DNA of 64,000 nt from a bacterium. Its GTDB lineage: Bacteria; Patescibacteriota; Patescibacteriia; Buchananbacterales; GWA2-38-13. The stretch lies in NCBI GenBank assembly GCA_030648715.1, contig JAUSGZ010000014.1, positions 1,055 to 65,054 on the forward strand, in the 5' to 3' direction. Shown piece after piece: positions 27,161-36,341 of the stretch. The notes under the pieces are model-generated. The model was given only the letters and a program-made list of their open reading frames with translations. It did no database searches and had not been told where the DNA came from. The number at the start of each line of letters is the position of its first letter. The stretch's first letter is position 1. Position numbers and translations under genes: made by a program.

Positions 27161-27331
27161 TATTACGAGTTATCAACCACACAACATTATACCGCTTTTG
27201 GCAAGGGAAAACAAAAAAACCGGCGTGGGTCGGGTATCTACGCGGAGTAAAAAAATGAACGGATAACTCTAATTGCGGCTACCAGCTATTTCTAGTATAG
27301 TTATATTATCCCGACAAGAACTCAGGATTGT

Positions 27332-27901
27332 ATGACACAGGAAAAGCCGAACCCAAGCTCCGCACCAGGAGTCGTACTGCGCACAGCCATTCTCCTATTT
27401 ATCTATGGCATCGCTGGTCTTATCTACCTTTTTTGGGTTATCCAAGGAAGCTACGGGGCGATTTTCCTCGCCATTGACGGCTTGGTTTTTATCTTGGTGA
27501 TATTGACGGGTTCAATATGGACAATTATGGCTGGACTTTCATTAATTTCTAGAAAAAAACTTCCTACCAACAATTTAGGATGGGTGGCTACCCTCACAAT
27601 ATTGCCAGCATCTTTTGCAGCATACGATATCGCAAGCTATTATGGTATGCCAATTATTGGGGCATGGGCGGCACTTATTGGAGGTTTAATAATTTTTTAT
27701 AAAAAACTTTCAAAAGATATTAGATTGGTTATGATTTTAATCGCAGTACCTACGGGCATTCTGGCATACGATATTTTGAGACATAGCAGCAAAACACAAA
27801 TCATTGGCGACCTTACCACTTCAGGATTGTTTATTTTTGTAATCATCCTCTACCATCACCTACAAGCTTCTATCAAAGTCCTTAAACGACAGCAAGAGTA
27901 G
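27332..27901 (+). CDS. hypothetical small polytopic membrane protein (5-6 TM), AT-rich
   Basis: 189 aa ORF on plus strand, hydrophobic throughout, terminator directly downstream. Confidence 0.5.
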   Translation: MTQEKPNPSSAPGVVLRTAILLFIYGIAGLIYLFWVIQGSYGAIFLAIDGLVFILVILTGSIWTIMAGLSLISRKKLPTNNLGWVATLTILPASFAAYDIASYYGMPIIGAWAALIGGLIIFYKKLSKDIRLVMILIAVPTGILAYDILRHSSKTQIIGDLTTSGLFIFVIILYHHLQASIKVLKRQQE

Positions 27902-27915
27902 TAAATTTTGGGGGC

Positions 27916-27951
27916 AAAAAAATCCCGACAATGTTACACTGTCGGGATTTT
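27916..27951. terminator. bidirectional rho-independent terminator
   Basis: aaaaaaatcccgacaatgttacactgtcgggatttt. Confidence 0.65.
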
Positions 27952-27977
27952 GGTTCACGAAAGAGCTTACCTCCCTT

Positions 27978-30752
27978 CTAGTACTCAAGGCAGTAGAGAT
28001 CGTCCAGAGTCGAGTCGGAACCAGGTGTGAACGGCCCAGGGGCCGGGGGGTCAGTGGTACCAAGAAAAAGCCAACCGAGCGTGAAAATGGGGTCGGAGAT
28101 ATCTAAGTCACCAGAGTCATTGGCGTCCGCGGCGTCAGCACAGTCCACTCGGCCACCACCGGTAAAGAGGTAGCCAAGAGTGTTGACGGAATCAGAGATA
28201 TCAACTGCGCCGTCAGTATTGGAGTCTCCGCGACGGAACGAAATCCCGCCGGTGACTACGACCATCACTTCATCCATACCGACGTTGCCGGCGGGGTCGC
28301 GAACGATGAGAGTAATGGAGAATTGGCCTGACGGCAGGTCAACTGTTGGTTGAACCCCGGCGGCGAGCAACCCATCCTCAAGCATCCACCAATACTGCAG
28401 CGGCGCATCACCGTCAGGGTCGGTTGTTGCCGTGCCATCCAACGCAACGGCGCCGAAGCCATCAATGTCTGCGGACACCTCCTGGTCCGGTCCGGCATTG
28501 ACAATCGGCGACTGATTGCCGTTCCACTGGTCTTGCCAGAAGGTTAAGTTACGCAGATAGACGGTCGAGCCGGGCAGGAGCGATTGAAGCTCAAACTGGA
28601 ACGTCACCATCTGACCGTGCAGACGACGAATGTCGCGGAGCCCAGAGTTCAGGTAACCCTGACCTAAGGTAAGGTCCGAAAGTACCTGTAACACAGGATG
28701 GAAGGCATCGGTGGTGGTAACTGAACACTCAAATGTTGCGGGAACTTCCGCTTCGGTGAAGCTGTATTCGAAACTCACATAGTCCCAGGTTGATTGGACT
28801 ACGAGCGGGATGGAGTAACGAGCGAAGACCCCTTCCTGTACCTGTTGACCGCCACCGCGTCCACCACCTAACGGAAGGTTAAGGAGGTACTCACCGATAT
28901 CGGTTATACTACCGCAGTTGTTGCCCAGACTGCACTCGAGATTACCGAGGTCGAGACCGACCGTGGTTGTCGGAAACGAGACGAACGGCTCTTGACACTC
29001 TTGGTAGTTGTCAAACCCAAATACACCGCTATCGTCACCGGCCAACCTTCGACACAGTGAAAGTTCCGAGAACTGCAGCGTACCAGTGGCCTCACACATA
29101 CTTGACAGAGGTCGATTCCGATCTGGATGTGCAAGGTCAGTTACCAATATCGAAGCGCCAAAACCAACAGTACCAAAGAGTACCTCGGCAAAACACCATG
29201 GTTCCTGCCTAAGCAATGGATCGCGCCCTATGAGAGTGGTATTAAGATACCAATCAACCCGATGGCTGACCCCAGGAACATTGACCCACAGATTGGCAAA
29301 GTGAGTGCTTAGATTGGTGAGCCCGTGATAGGAATCTACATACGTCCCCACTCTCCGGAGCGCTGGTACCTCCTCATTGAGCAATCCGCTGCCAACCCAG
29401 TCCGGCGTATCCAATTGTGTCACTTGGGCTGGTGGGAACACATTCGGCACAGTTACGCCTTGAGCCAAATTGATGGCCGCAGTCGTGACAATCCGCGACC
29501 CGAGACTATGACCGATGAAATGCACCGGTCCTGTATAGCCGTCGGGCAATAGCACCCGAAGACTGCTCGCAAGGCGCTGTGCCTGTGGCTCGATACCAGT
29601 TACTAGCGGCTCTAACTGACTTGCCTCGGTAATCCAATCCCAGGCAAGAATGTTAACCCCACCAGGTACCCGGGAAGAAATTTGGTGAGCCATCTGCAGC
29701 ATCCAACTGTTGAGCTGGTCGCCGCCAAAAATCGGCGGGTCCCATCCGTGCACAATCACGGCGGTGCCATATCTCGGATCGAAGTGGGGATCACACGGGA
29801 AAAAGCCGGTCCAAGATCCTTTTTCTTGCGGAGTCGTGCCGGGGACATAGATTTGCATCTGCGTAAAGCTACCGGGCGTTGCCCGAATGCAAATCTCGGA
29901 TGTTGGCAGGGAAACCCCCACGGAGTTGATGGCTCGTACCCGGTAGCAGATATCTCTGGCTTCCGGTAGTGGAACATCTGCTACCTGTATGGTAGATGAG
30001 CTAAAGGGTATTTCCGGTGGTAATGTCAACCACTCGGAGCAGTATCCGACTCTCCTTTCGATACGGTAACGGTCTACCCACAAAAGACTCGGATGCCATT
30101 CCAGTATTGCAATGCCGCTACCCTCGGGGTGCTGAACGGTAAAGCCACCCGGAGCGTCGGGTAGTTGAGGCGTACCTGACACCGAAACGCGGACCTTCGC
30201 GAGTGCCCAACTCTCATCATCAAGCGCTTGCAACCCACCGGCAAGAAAATTGATGATCATGCCTGAATCGACATGTGGGGAGCTAAAACGTAGCTCGTAC
30301 TGTGAGTAGGCATGATTGGCATGCAGAAGGGCACCAGTTCCCGCAGGATGGTCACCGCCCGGGTACTCATCAGGATACGCCTGTCGATTGCCGGCACTCC
30401 CGGTCGTACTGAACGTCGTGCGGAGCAGCTTTCGCACGTCTCCGACATTGATCTCCCACACGTCCGGACCGGGCACGCCGTTTCCATCCCAGGTGCGCAA
30501 CAGCCACAGATCGAACTCGATGGTGACTTCACCATGCGATGGAAGCTGCTCCAGCGACAGACTGACAGTCTGGTTTCCAAACGAGCCAAGAATTGGCTCA
30601 TCAGTTGGGGAGGAGCGTATTGCCCCCGACGACCACTCGCGGCCGACGCCGCTTTCGAAGTTGGTCGAGTAGACCACCTGCTCCTGCGCGATGACAGAGA
30701 GTGAAGGAATTGCAGCGAACGCTGCCACAAACAACATCTGCATCCAGAACAT
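27978..30752 (-). CDS. large secreted multidomain protein: signal peptide, beta-rich/FN3-like region, alpha/beta-hydrolase (lipase, GHSLG) domain, PKD-like region, C-terminal dockerin-like repeats
   Basis: 924 aa. N-terminal MFWMQMLFVAAFAAIPSLSVIAQ signal peptide, VHFIGHSLGSRIV (GxSxG nucleophile elbow), C-terminal DSNTDGAVDISD / DANDSGDLDISD (type I dockerin-like Ca-binding repeat pair). Confidence 0.7.
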   Translation of the reverse strand: MFWMQMLFVAAFAAIPSLSVIAQEQVVYSTNFESGVGREWSSGAIRSSPTDEPILGSFGNQTVSLSLEQLPSHGEVTIEFDLWLLRTWDGNGVPGPDVWEINVGDVRKLLRTTFSTTGSAGNRQAYPDEYPGGDHPAGTGALLHANHAYSQYELRFSSPHVDSGMIINFLAGGLQALDDESWALAKVRVSVSGTPQLPDAPGGFTVQHPEGSGIAILEWHPSLLWVDRYRIERRVGYCSEWLTLPPEIPFSSSTIQVADVPLPEARDICYRVRAINSVGVSLPTSEICIRATPGSFTQMQIYVPGTTPQEKGSWTGFFPCDPHFDPRYGTAVIVHGWDPPIFGGDQLNSWMLQMAHQISSRVPGGVNILAWDWITEASQLEPLVTGIEPQAQRLASSLRVLLPDGYTGPVHFIGHSLGSRIVTTAAINLAQGVTVPNVFPPAQVTQLDTPDWVGSGLLNEEVPALRRVGTYVDSYHGLTNLSTHFANLWVNVPGVSHRVDWYLNTTLIGRDPLLRQEPWCFAEVLFGTVGFGASILVTDLAHPDRNRPLSSMCEATGTLQFSELSLCRRLAGDDSGVFGFDNYQECQEPFVSFPTTTVGLDLGNLECSLGNNCGSITDIGEYLLNLPLGGGRGGGQQVQEGVFARYSIPLVVQSTWDYVSFEYSFTEAEVPATFECSVTTTDAFHPVLQVLSDLTLGQGYLNSGLRDIRRLHGQMVTFQFELQSLLPGSTVYLRNLTFWQDQWNGNQSPIVNAGPDQEVSADIDGFGAVALDGTATTDPDGDAPLQYWWMLEDGLLAAGVQPTVDLPSGQFSITLIVRDPAGNVGMDEVMVVVTGGISFRRGDSNTDGAVDISDSVNTLGYLFTGGGRVDCADAADANDSGDLDISDPIFTLGWLFLGTTDPPAPGPFTPGSDSTLDDLYCLEY

Positions 30753-30919
30753 CGGAGTACCTTTCTTCCGCGCGAAGCGGAAATCTGCGAACCGAAAAGG
30801 GCATTTTCGGTTCTTGCTTGTTGTGTTGTCAACGAGCCATCAATAATTGACTGCACAAGCGTTCACCCGCGCAGCCAATCAGGAAATATAGGTAATACGG
30901 ACGGAAACGTCAAGCCGTG

Positions 30920-31240
30920 GCGCCCCTCACCCAACCCTCTCCCGCGAGGGGAGAGGACAAAAACATTGACGCATAACCACCCTAACCCTTTCCCCTCCTA
31001 CGCCAAGGCTTCGGCGAGCAGGCCACTAGGGGAGAGGGGAAATTAGAATTGTTCATCGGTTCTTCTCTACCTCTCATCTCATCCCCCTCACCTGTCCTTT
31101 CGGACATCCTTCCTGCCCCGCGACTGCGGGGTCCCTCAAGGGAGAGGCAAGTTAGGAAGGATTTATCTCCACCCTCACCCGAGCCCTCTCCCCTCCTACG
31201 CCAAGGCTTCGGCGGGCAGGCCACTAGGGGAGAGGGAAAT
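30920..31240. repeat. cluster of GC-rich palindromic (REP-like) elements, including two near-identical ~50-bp copies
   Basis: cccctcctacgccaaggcttcggcg[a/g]gcaggccactaggggagaggg occurs at ~30993-31042 and ~31189-31237. A shorter hairpin ccctctcccgcgaggggagagg sits at ~30935-30956, and ccccgcgactgcgggg at ~31116-31132. The stems are ccctctcccc/ggggagaggg. Confidence 0.7.
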
Positions 31241-31244
31241 AAGA

Positions 31245-33038
31245 TTACCGATCGTAAAGGGAAACAATCTCCTTGGCGTAGTGGCGTTCGATGACCGAAC
31301 GGCGGAGTTTCTGGGTGGGCGTGACTTCGTCGCGCTCGGCCAAAAATTCATCGGGCAAGAGCGCGAAGCGACGTACCTGCTCAAAATCGGGCCGGTCGGC
31401 AAGCGCTTTGGTGATGCGTTCTTGGTAGAGCGCGCGCACGCCCTTGTGGTTCAGCAGTTCTTTTCTATCTGCCGGCCAGCCTTGCGTCTGCGCTTCTTGC
31501 AGCAACGCGGGCCACACCGGCACCACCAAGGCAACAACATACGGCTTCCCGTGGGCAACAGCCATAGACTGCGCGATGAGCGAGTCGTTGTTCATCGCGT
31601 TCTCCAACACTGCCGGCCAGATATTTTTTCCTCCCGCCGTTACTAGCATTTCTTTTCGGCGACCGATAATAAACAGGAACCCGTCCGGGTCAATAAATCC
31701 CAGATCGCCGGTGTGCAGCCAACCGTCGGCGTCAATGAGCTCACGCGTTGCCCCTTCGTCTTGCCAATAGCCGGCGCAGATGTTTTCCCCGCGCGCCAGA
31801 ACTTCCTTGTCGTGCGAGATTCTCACCTGCACGCCGGAAAGGGGAATGCCGACGCTGCCGAACTTCCGTTTCGCTGGGCTATTGACCGTGATGACCGGTG
31901 AAGTTTCGGTCAGGCCATAGCCCTCATAAATTTGCACCCCCACGCGGTCAAAGAATTTCGCCAATGGGGGATGCAGCGCCGCCCCGCCGGAAATGGATAG
32001 CCGCAACCGCCCGCCCAGCGCGCGCAGGACCTTCGCAAACACGAGACGGCTGGCGAGTTGGTGCTGCCAGGTGCCGTGGCGTTGGCGCAACGCCCAGGTG
32101 AACAGCCGTTTCCGCCAGGCAAGGCCGGCGTTCGCCTTGGCCCAGACGGCATCGTGGAATTTTTCAAACACGCGCGGCACCGCAATGAGAATGGTGGGAT
32201 GCACCTCCAATAAATTTTCCTTCAGGGTGGAGGGATTTTCGGCAAAGGCGATCGTTGCGCCATGCGTCAGCGGCATCAGGTACCCGGCCATGTGCTCCAA
32301 TACGTGGGACAGCGGCAGGAACGACAGAAAAAGGTCTGTCGGGTAGACCGGGATAGCCAACATGGATGCTGTTACATTGGAAAGAAAATTTTTGTGGGTC
32401 AGGACCACTCCGTGCGGCAAGCCGGTGGTGCCCGATGTATAGACGATGCTGGCCGCATCATCGGACTGGCGGGGCGTTGGCGCTGACAACGGAGCCGCGG
32501 AAATAATATCATCCCAGCGGTGGCAGGCAACGGCAGCGAGCTGTGGCACGACGGCATTCGCCACCACCAGGTGCCGCACCGTAGGCAATCCCCGTAGCGC
32601 TTCCACAGTTTTTTTCAGCAACCCCTCCCCTGCCGCCACCACGATGCTGGCGCCGGAATGTTCCAGCACGTAGCGGATGAGCGCCGAACTGAAGGTCGTG
32701 TGCACCGGTACCGTTACCCCGCCGGCAAACATCGTCGCCAGGTCCGCAACAACCCACGCCGAACCATTCGGGGCGACGACGGCCACGCGGTCGCCCGGCT
32801 GCAAGCCGAGTTGGCGCAAGCCCGCCGCGCACCGCCGCACCTGGTCGGCGAGCTGGGCGTAGGTGATGCCGTAGTACTGGCCGCCTCGTTTTTCCCGCAA
32901 CGCCACATGGTCGCCATGGAGTTTGGCGACCTCAAGAACGGTTGACGGGATAGTTATTGACATGAGACTGAAGAAAATTGGTGGGTAGGTAGTACGGGTC
33001 ATTGCGAGGAGTCCCGCCAACTCGGGACGACGCGGCAA
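31245..33038 (-). CDS. long-chain fatty-acid--CoA ligase (AMP-binding / ANL superfamily)
   Basis: 597 aa. AMP-binding motif IVYTSGTTGLPHGVVLTHKNF, YGLTE, and TGDLG...DRKKE-like C-terminal motifs. Confidence 0.85.
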   Translation of the reverse strand: MPRRPELAGLLAMTRTTYPPIFFSLMSITIPSTVLEVAKLHGDHVALREKRGGQYYGITYAQLADQVRRCAAGLRQLGLQPGDRVAVVAPNGSAWVVADLATMFAGGVTVPVHTTFSSALIRYVLEHSGASIVVAAGEGLLKKTVEALRGLPTVRHLVVANAVVPQLAAVACHRWDDIISAAPLSAPTPRQSDDAASIVYTSGTTGLPHGVVLTHKNFLSNVTASMLAIPVYPTDLFLSFLPLSHVLEHMAGYLMPLTHGATIAFAENPSTLKENLLEVHPTILIAVPRVFEKFHDAVWAKANAGLAWRKRLFTWALRQRHGTWQHQLASRLVFAKVLRALGGRLRLSISGGAALHPPLAKFFDRVGVQIYEGYGLTETSPVITVNSPAKRKFGSVGIPLSGVQVRISHDKEVLARGENICAGYWQDEGATRELIDADGWLHTGDLGFIDPDGFLFIIGRRKEMLVTAGGKNIWPAVLENAMNNDSLIAQSMAVAHGKPYVVALVVPVWPALLQEAQTQGWPADRKELLNHKGVRALYQERITKALADRPDFEQVRRFALLPDEFLAERDEVTPTQKLRRSVIERHYAKEIVSLYDR

Positions 33039-33165
33039 TCCGACCTCGCAACCGCGGGGTCGCCCTCTGCGGAGGCGCAGGGTCTCCGTGTAGTTCGGGG
33101 GATCCCTCGACCCGGCTCGGGATGACCGCGGCGGTCAGATTGCTTCGCTGCGCTCGCAATGACGA
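32997..33165. repeat. ~165-bp structured palindromic intergenic element with terminal inverted repeats gtcattgcgag / ctcgcaatgac
   Basis: Terminal inverted repeats at 32999-33009 and 33153-33163. Internal hairpins gtcccgccaactcgggac and cgcggcaatc...gattgc. The plus-frame translation contains the ...LRCARNDE... string characteristic of this kind of repeat. Confidence 0.6.
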
Positions 33166-33264
33166 AAGTTATTTTACAGTCTCAACAGAGGGAATAAGAT
33201 TGCCGCCCAACCCTGCTCGCCGTCGAAGCGGCGGCAAGCAAGGTTCGGCGGCATTCCCCCACCG

Positions 33265-34122
33265 CTACGCTGCCTCTTTCTCCAGCTCCTGAATGAACTC
33301 GTCGACCTTACGGAAAATTTCCTCGCGGCGGTCCGAATCCGGCAAATTGTGGTAGCGGCCGTTCAACCAGTACATCTTTTTGTGGTTGGACCCCAGGTGC
33401 TGGTGGATGTACGGGGCACTCTTAGGATGCACCACCGGATCCTGGTCGGCCTGGATCATCAAGGTCGGCGTCGTGATCCCCTCCAGCGTAGGAATAGTGC
33501 GCGTACGGATGAAGCGCAAAAACTCGCGCAGGCAGCGGATGGGAATGACCGGGTAGCTCACCTGGTCGGACAGGTCAATGTAGTCCACCTTGTACTCGCG
33601 ACCGGATTTTCTGTGGTAGCTCATGAACCAGGCGTAGGTGTAGGTACGCAGCAGAATGAACCAGTGGCCGCGCAGCTTGATGGGGGTACCGAGCGAGACA
33701 ATTCCCGACACCAGGTCCGGATACCGGTGAGCCAGCCAGAATGCAAGGTTGCCGCCGAACGAATTCCCCACGACGATCACTCGCTTCACATAGCGGCGCA
33801 GGTGGTGCAACGCCTCCTCTGCGGATCTCGCCCAATCCTCGCCGGTCGTTTTGGACATCTCCTTTGGCGACGTCCCGTGGCCCGCGATGAGCGGCGAGTA
33901 GACCGTGAAGCCCCGGTCCACCAAAAATTTGCTTAATTCACGGAACTGGTGCGGCGTGCTGGTGAAACCATGCAGCAGCAGCAGGCCGACCTCGGACCCC
34001 TTATCTATAAAAAGAGGCTCGCCGCCTTTCATAAAAGGGAGGGAGCCTGAAATGCTCGCCGAGGCAACGGTTACCGCGTCAGCAAGCGTCGGACCGAATT
34101 TTGTGGGTATCGCATTAGCCAT
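33265..34122 (-). CDS. alpha/beta-hydrolase fold esterase/lipase
   Basis: 285 aa. HGFTSTP (oxyanion HG), nucleophile elbow GNSFGG, C-terminal acid/His region. Confidence 0.75.
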   Translation of the reverse strand: MANAIPTKFGPTLADAVTVASASISGSLPFMKGGEPLFIDKGSEVGLLLLHGFTSTPHQFRELSKFLVDRGFTVYSPLIAGHGTSPKEMSKTTGEDWARSAEEALHHLRRYVKRVIVVGNSFGGNLAFWLAHRYPDLVSGIVSLGTPIKLRGHWFILLRTYTYAWFMSYHRKSGREYKVDYIDLSDQVSYPVIPIRCLREFLRFIRTRTIPTLEGITTPTLMIQADQDPVVHPKSAPYIHQHLGSNHKKMYWLNGRYHNLPDSDRREEIFRKVDEFIQELEKEAA

Positions 34123-34428
34123 ACCGACTACCCAAACGTTTTGTAACTATATTTTTTTATTTGGTCTTTGCTTTCTTTTGGGGTACCGGGGTCAACAACA
34201 AACGTATGAAATACTACGATATCATACCACGGCTGTCAACCCACAATTAGTGAATAAGCTGTTCATAAGAAGTACAAATTTTGTGGACATCCGAACTTAC
34301 CATTTGCTACGGTGGAAGTAAAGCCATACTATTGAAGCTCGCGGGAATTCACTGGTGGAAAAATAAATATAGGAGGTATAGGCACATATACATCCCTTTT
34401 TACTACGCATGGTCCGACCACCTTCCTC

Positions 34429-34500
34429 CTCCCTGTAGCTCAACGGATAGAGCAGCGCCGTCCTAAGGCGATGATGGGGGTTCAATTCCCTCCAGGGAGA
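34429..34500 (+). tRNA. tRNA-Arg (anticodon CCT), unusual C1-G72 and G27.A43
   Basis: CTCCCTG acceptor / CAGGGAG-A, D arm GCTC-AACGGATA-GAGC, anticodon arm GCGCC-GTCCTAA-GGCGA, T arm GGGGG-TTCAATT-CCCTC. 72 nt with no encoded CCA. An AT-rich region lies immediately upstream. Confidence 0.65.
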
Positions 34501-34566
34501 ATGAAGGCGATCGGCGCATCGGCGCCAAAGCCTGCAGCCGTGTACTTGATTGGCATATCTGCTAGG

Positions 34567-35316
34567 ATGGATGCAGTAAACCATTCTATGGCTGCCGCAA
34601 AGACTTCGCAAAAACTACCGGTGCCCGATGCCACGGCTTCGGAGTTCATCACCGTGATGGCGCACCAGCTCCGCACGCCGCTCTCGGCGGTCAAGTGGGT
34701 CATGAATATGCTGCTTGCCGGCGATGTCGGTGAACTGACTCCGGAACAAAAAAGTTTGCTGCTCAAGGGCTACCAGAGCAACGAACGCATGATCAGCCTG
34801 GTCAACGACATGCTCAACGTCGCGCTGATCGAAGCCGGGCGTTTGCGTTTCCGCGCGACACCCCGCTCATTTGAGGATTTAGTGAATGAAGTGATGCTGG
34901 ATTTTTTTGGCCCTATTCAGCGTAAAAAGATCCGGTTCGCTTTGAACGTAACACCCCCCGCTCTGCCCAAAGTTTCCCTGGATCCGGACCGCATGAAGAC
35001 GGTACTGCACAACCTGCTCGAGAATGCGGTACAATACACGCCGGTGAACGGCTCCATTACCGTAGGATTGGAAAAAGACGGTGAGAAAATATCGGTCACG
35101 ATCCAAGACAGCGGGATCGGCATCCCCAAGCAGCAGCAGAAAAAGATATTTTCCCGGTTTTTCCGCGGCGATAATGCCGTGCGCATGGAAACCGACGGCT
35201 CCGGCCTTGGGCTGTACGTCGTGCGCCGGATCATCGAGCAGCATGGGGGTCGCGTCTGGTTTGAAAGCGAGGAAGGAAAAGGAAGCGCCTTTCACTTTAC
35301 TCTTCCCGTGGCCTAG
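34567..35316 (+). CDS. cytoplasmic sensor-less histidine kinase (HisKA + HATPase_c only)
   Basis: About 249 aa from MDAVNHS. H-box AHQLRTPLSAVKW, N-box NLLENAVQYT, G-boxes DSGIGI / GSGLGLYVV. No TM or sensor domain. The ORF-track start at 34471 overlaps the tRNA, so the internal ATG at 34567 was chosen. Confidence 0.75.
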   Translation: MDAVNHSMAAAKTSQKLPVPDATASEFITVMAHQLRTPLSAVKWVMNMLLAGDVGELTPEQKSLLLKGYQSNERMISLVNDMLNVALIEAGRLRFRATPRSFEDLVNEVMLDFFGPIQRKKIRFALNVTPPALPKVSLDPDRMKTVLHNLLENAVQYTPVNGSITVGLEKDGEKISVTIQDSGIGIPKQQQKKIFSRFFRGDNAVRMETDGSGLGLYVVRRIIEQHGGRVWFESEEGKGSAFHFTLPVA

Positions 35317-35330
35317 CCTATCACGAGCGT

Positions 35331-36116
35331 ATGCCCAAGCAACCGCCAACGGACAAAATCTCGGTCCTCATCATCGAAGACGACAAGGTGCTGGGGGAAA
35401 TTCTGCTTCGTAAGCTGAAAACCGAGGGATTTGAGGCCTCACTAGAACGCGATGGCGAAGCCGGATTAACAGCCATTCGCGCCAAATTACCGACGCTCGT
35501 GCTTTTGGATATCGGGCTACCAAAACTGGACGGCTACCAAGTGCTGGAGGCAATGGCAAAGGATGGGCTGACCAAAAATGTTGCCGTCATCATCATTTCC
35601 AACTCGGGCCAGCCGGTGGAACTGGACCGCGCAATGTCCCTTGGGGCTCGTGATTACCTGGTAAAAACCGAATTTTCGCCTGACGAAGTGATGGCGAAAG
35701 TTCGGCGTCAATTGGCACCGGCTGCCGAGCGGACCGCAAAGAAGAAGAAAGGCAAAAAGGTTCTGATGGTGGAGGATGACAAATTCCTGCGCGACTTGGC
35801 AGTGAAAAAGATCACCCTTGCCGGATACCAAGTGGTTACGGCCTCAGACGGTAATGAAGCCATAGCCGTTGCCGCGAAAGAAACCCCCGATATCATCCTA
35901 CTGGACATCATTTTACCAGGCGTTGATGGCTTTGAAATTCTCCGTACGTTGAAGTCGGACGGCAAGCTCAAAAAAATACCGGTCGTTATGCTTTCTAACC
36001 TTGGGCAGGAAACTGACATTGAACGCGGCCTTGGGTTAGGTGCCATCGACTACCTCGTGAAAGCTCACTTTACTTTGGAAGATATTATTGAAAAAATTGA
36101 ACGCTACATTGGATAA
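35331..36116 (+). CDS. double receiver-domain response regulator (REC-REC, no output domain)
   Basis: 261 aa. Two CheY-like halves (VLIIEDD...LLDIGLPKLDG...KTEF and VLMVEDD...LLDIILPGVDG...KAHF) joined by a Lys-rich linker. Confidence 0.85.
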   Translation: MPKQPPTDKISVLIIEDDKVLGEILLRKLKTEGFEASLERDGEAGLTAIRAKLPTLVLLDIGLPKLDGYQVLEAMAKDGLTKNVAVIIISNSGQPVELDRAMSLGARDYLVKTEFSPDEVMAKVRRQLAPAAERTAKKKKGKKVLMVEDDKFLRDLAVKKITLAGYQVVTASDGNEAIAVAAKETPDIILLDIILPGVDGFEILRTLKSDGKLKKIPVVMLSNLGQETDIERGLGLGAIDYLVKAHFTLEDIIEKIERYIG

Positions 36117-36126
36117 GTGTACAAAT

Positions 36127-36166
36127 CAGTACTAAAAAATGGCTTAACAAAGCCATTTTTTAGTAC
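36127..36166 (+). terminator. rho-independent terminator (18-bp perfect stem)
   Basis: agtactaaaaaatggctt-aaca-aagccattttttagtact. Confidence 0.6.
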
Positions 36167-36267
36167 ATAACTATTCTGCACGTTAAGTATTTTCTTATGA
36201 GGATTCATTGCCAATAACGAACAGTTATGCTAGAGTCTCTCTACGCTGAAATATTTTCATGATCTGT

Positions 36268-36341
36268 GGGCCTGTAGTACAGTGGTAATACGCCGCATTC
36301 GCATTGCGGAGGCGGGGGTTCGATTCCCCCCAGGTCCACCA
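36268..36341 (+). tRNA. tRNA-Ala (anticodon CGC), CCA encoded
   Basis: GGGCCTG acceptor with G3.U70 (Ala identity), anticodon arm CCGCA-TTCGCAT-TGCGG, T arm GGGGG-TTCGATT-CCCCC, 3' CAGGTCC-A-CCA. Followed by the terminator hairpin aatcccgtacgcgggatttttt (36341-36367). Confidence 0.85.

Noticed and set aside
24200-30800. Possibility that the whole lower-GC stretch is a prophage or integrative element
   Set aside because: No integrase, transposase, recombinase, capsid or terminase-like ORFs are present. The content is metabolic or surface proteins only, so it is treated as a compositional island of unknown origin.
30982-31294. Short ORFs (80-81 aa) with repeated PKPWRRRGEG / SPLLRQGFGG strings
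   Set aside because: They are translations of the REP-like palindromic repeats in an intergenic region, not genes.
33002-33292. 96-aa + ORF containing LRCARNDE
   Set aside because: It is the translation of the 165-bp palindromic element plus the 3' end of the esterase gene on the other strand.
34297-34611. 104-aa minus ORF containing ELNPHHRLRTALLYPLSY
   Set aside because: It is the antisense reading of tRNA-Arg(CCT). The same LYPLSY artefact appears at 637..897 opposite tRNA-Arg(CCG).
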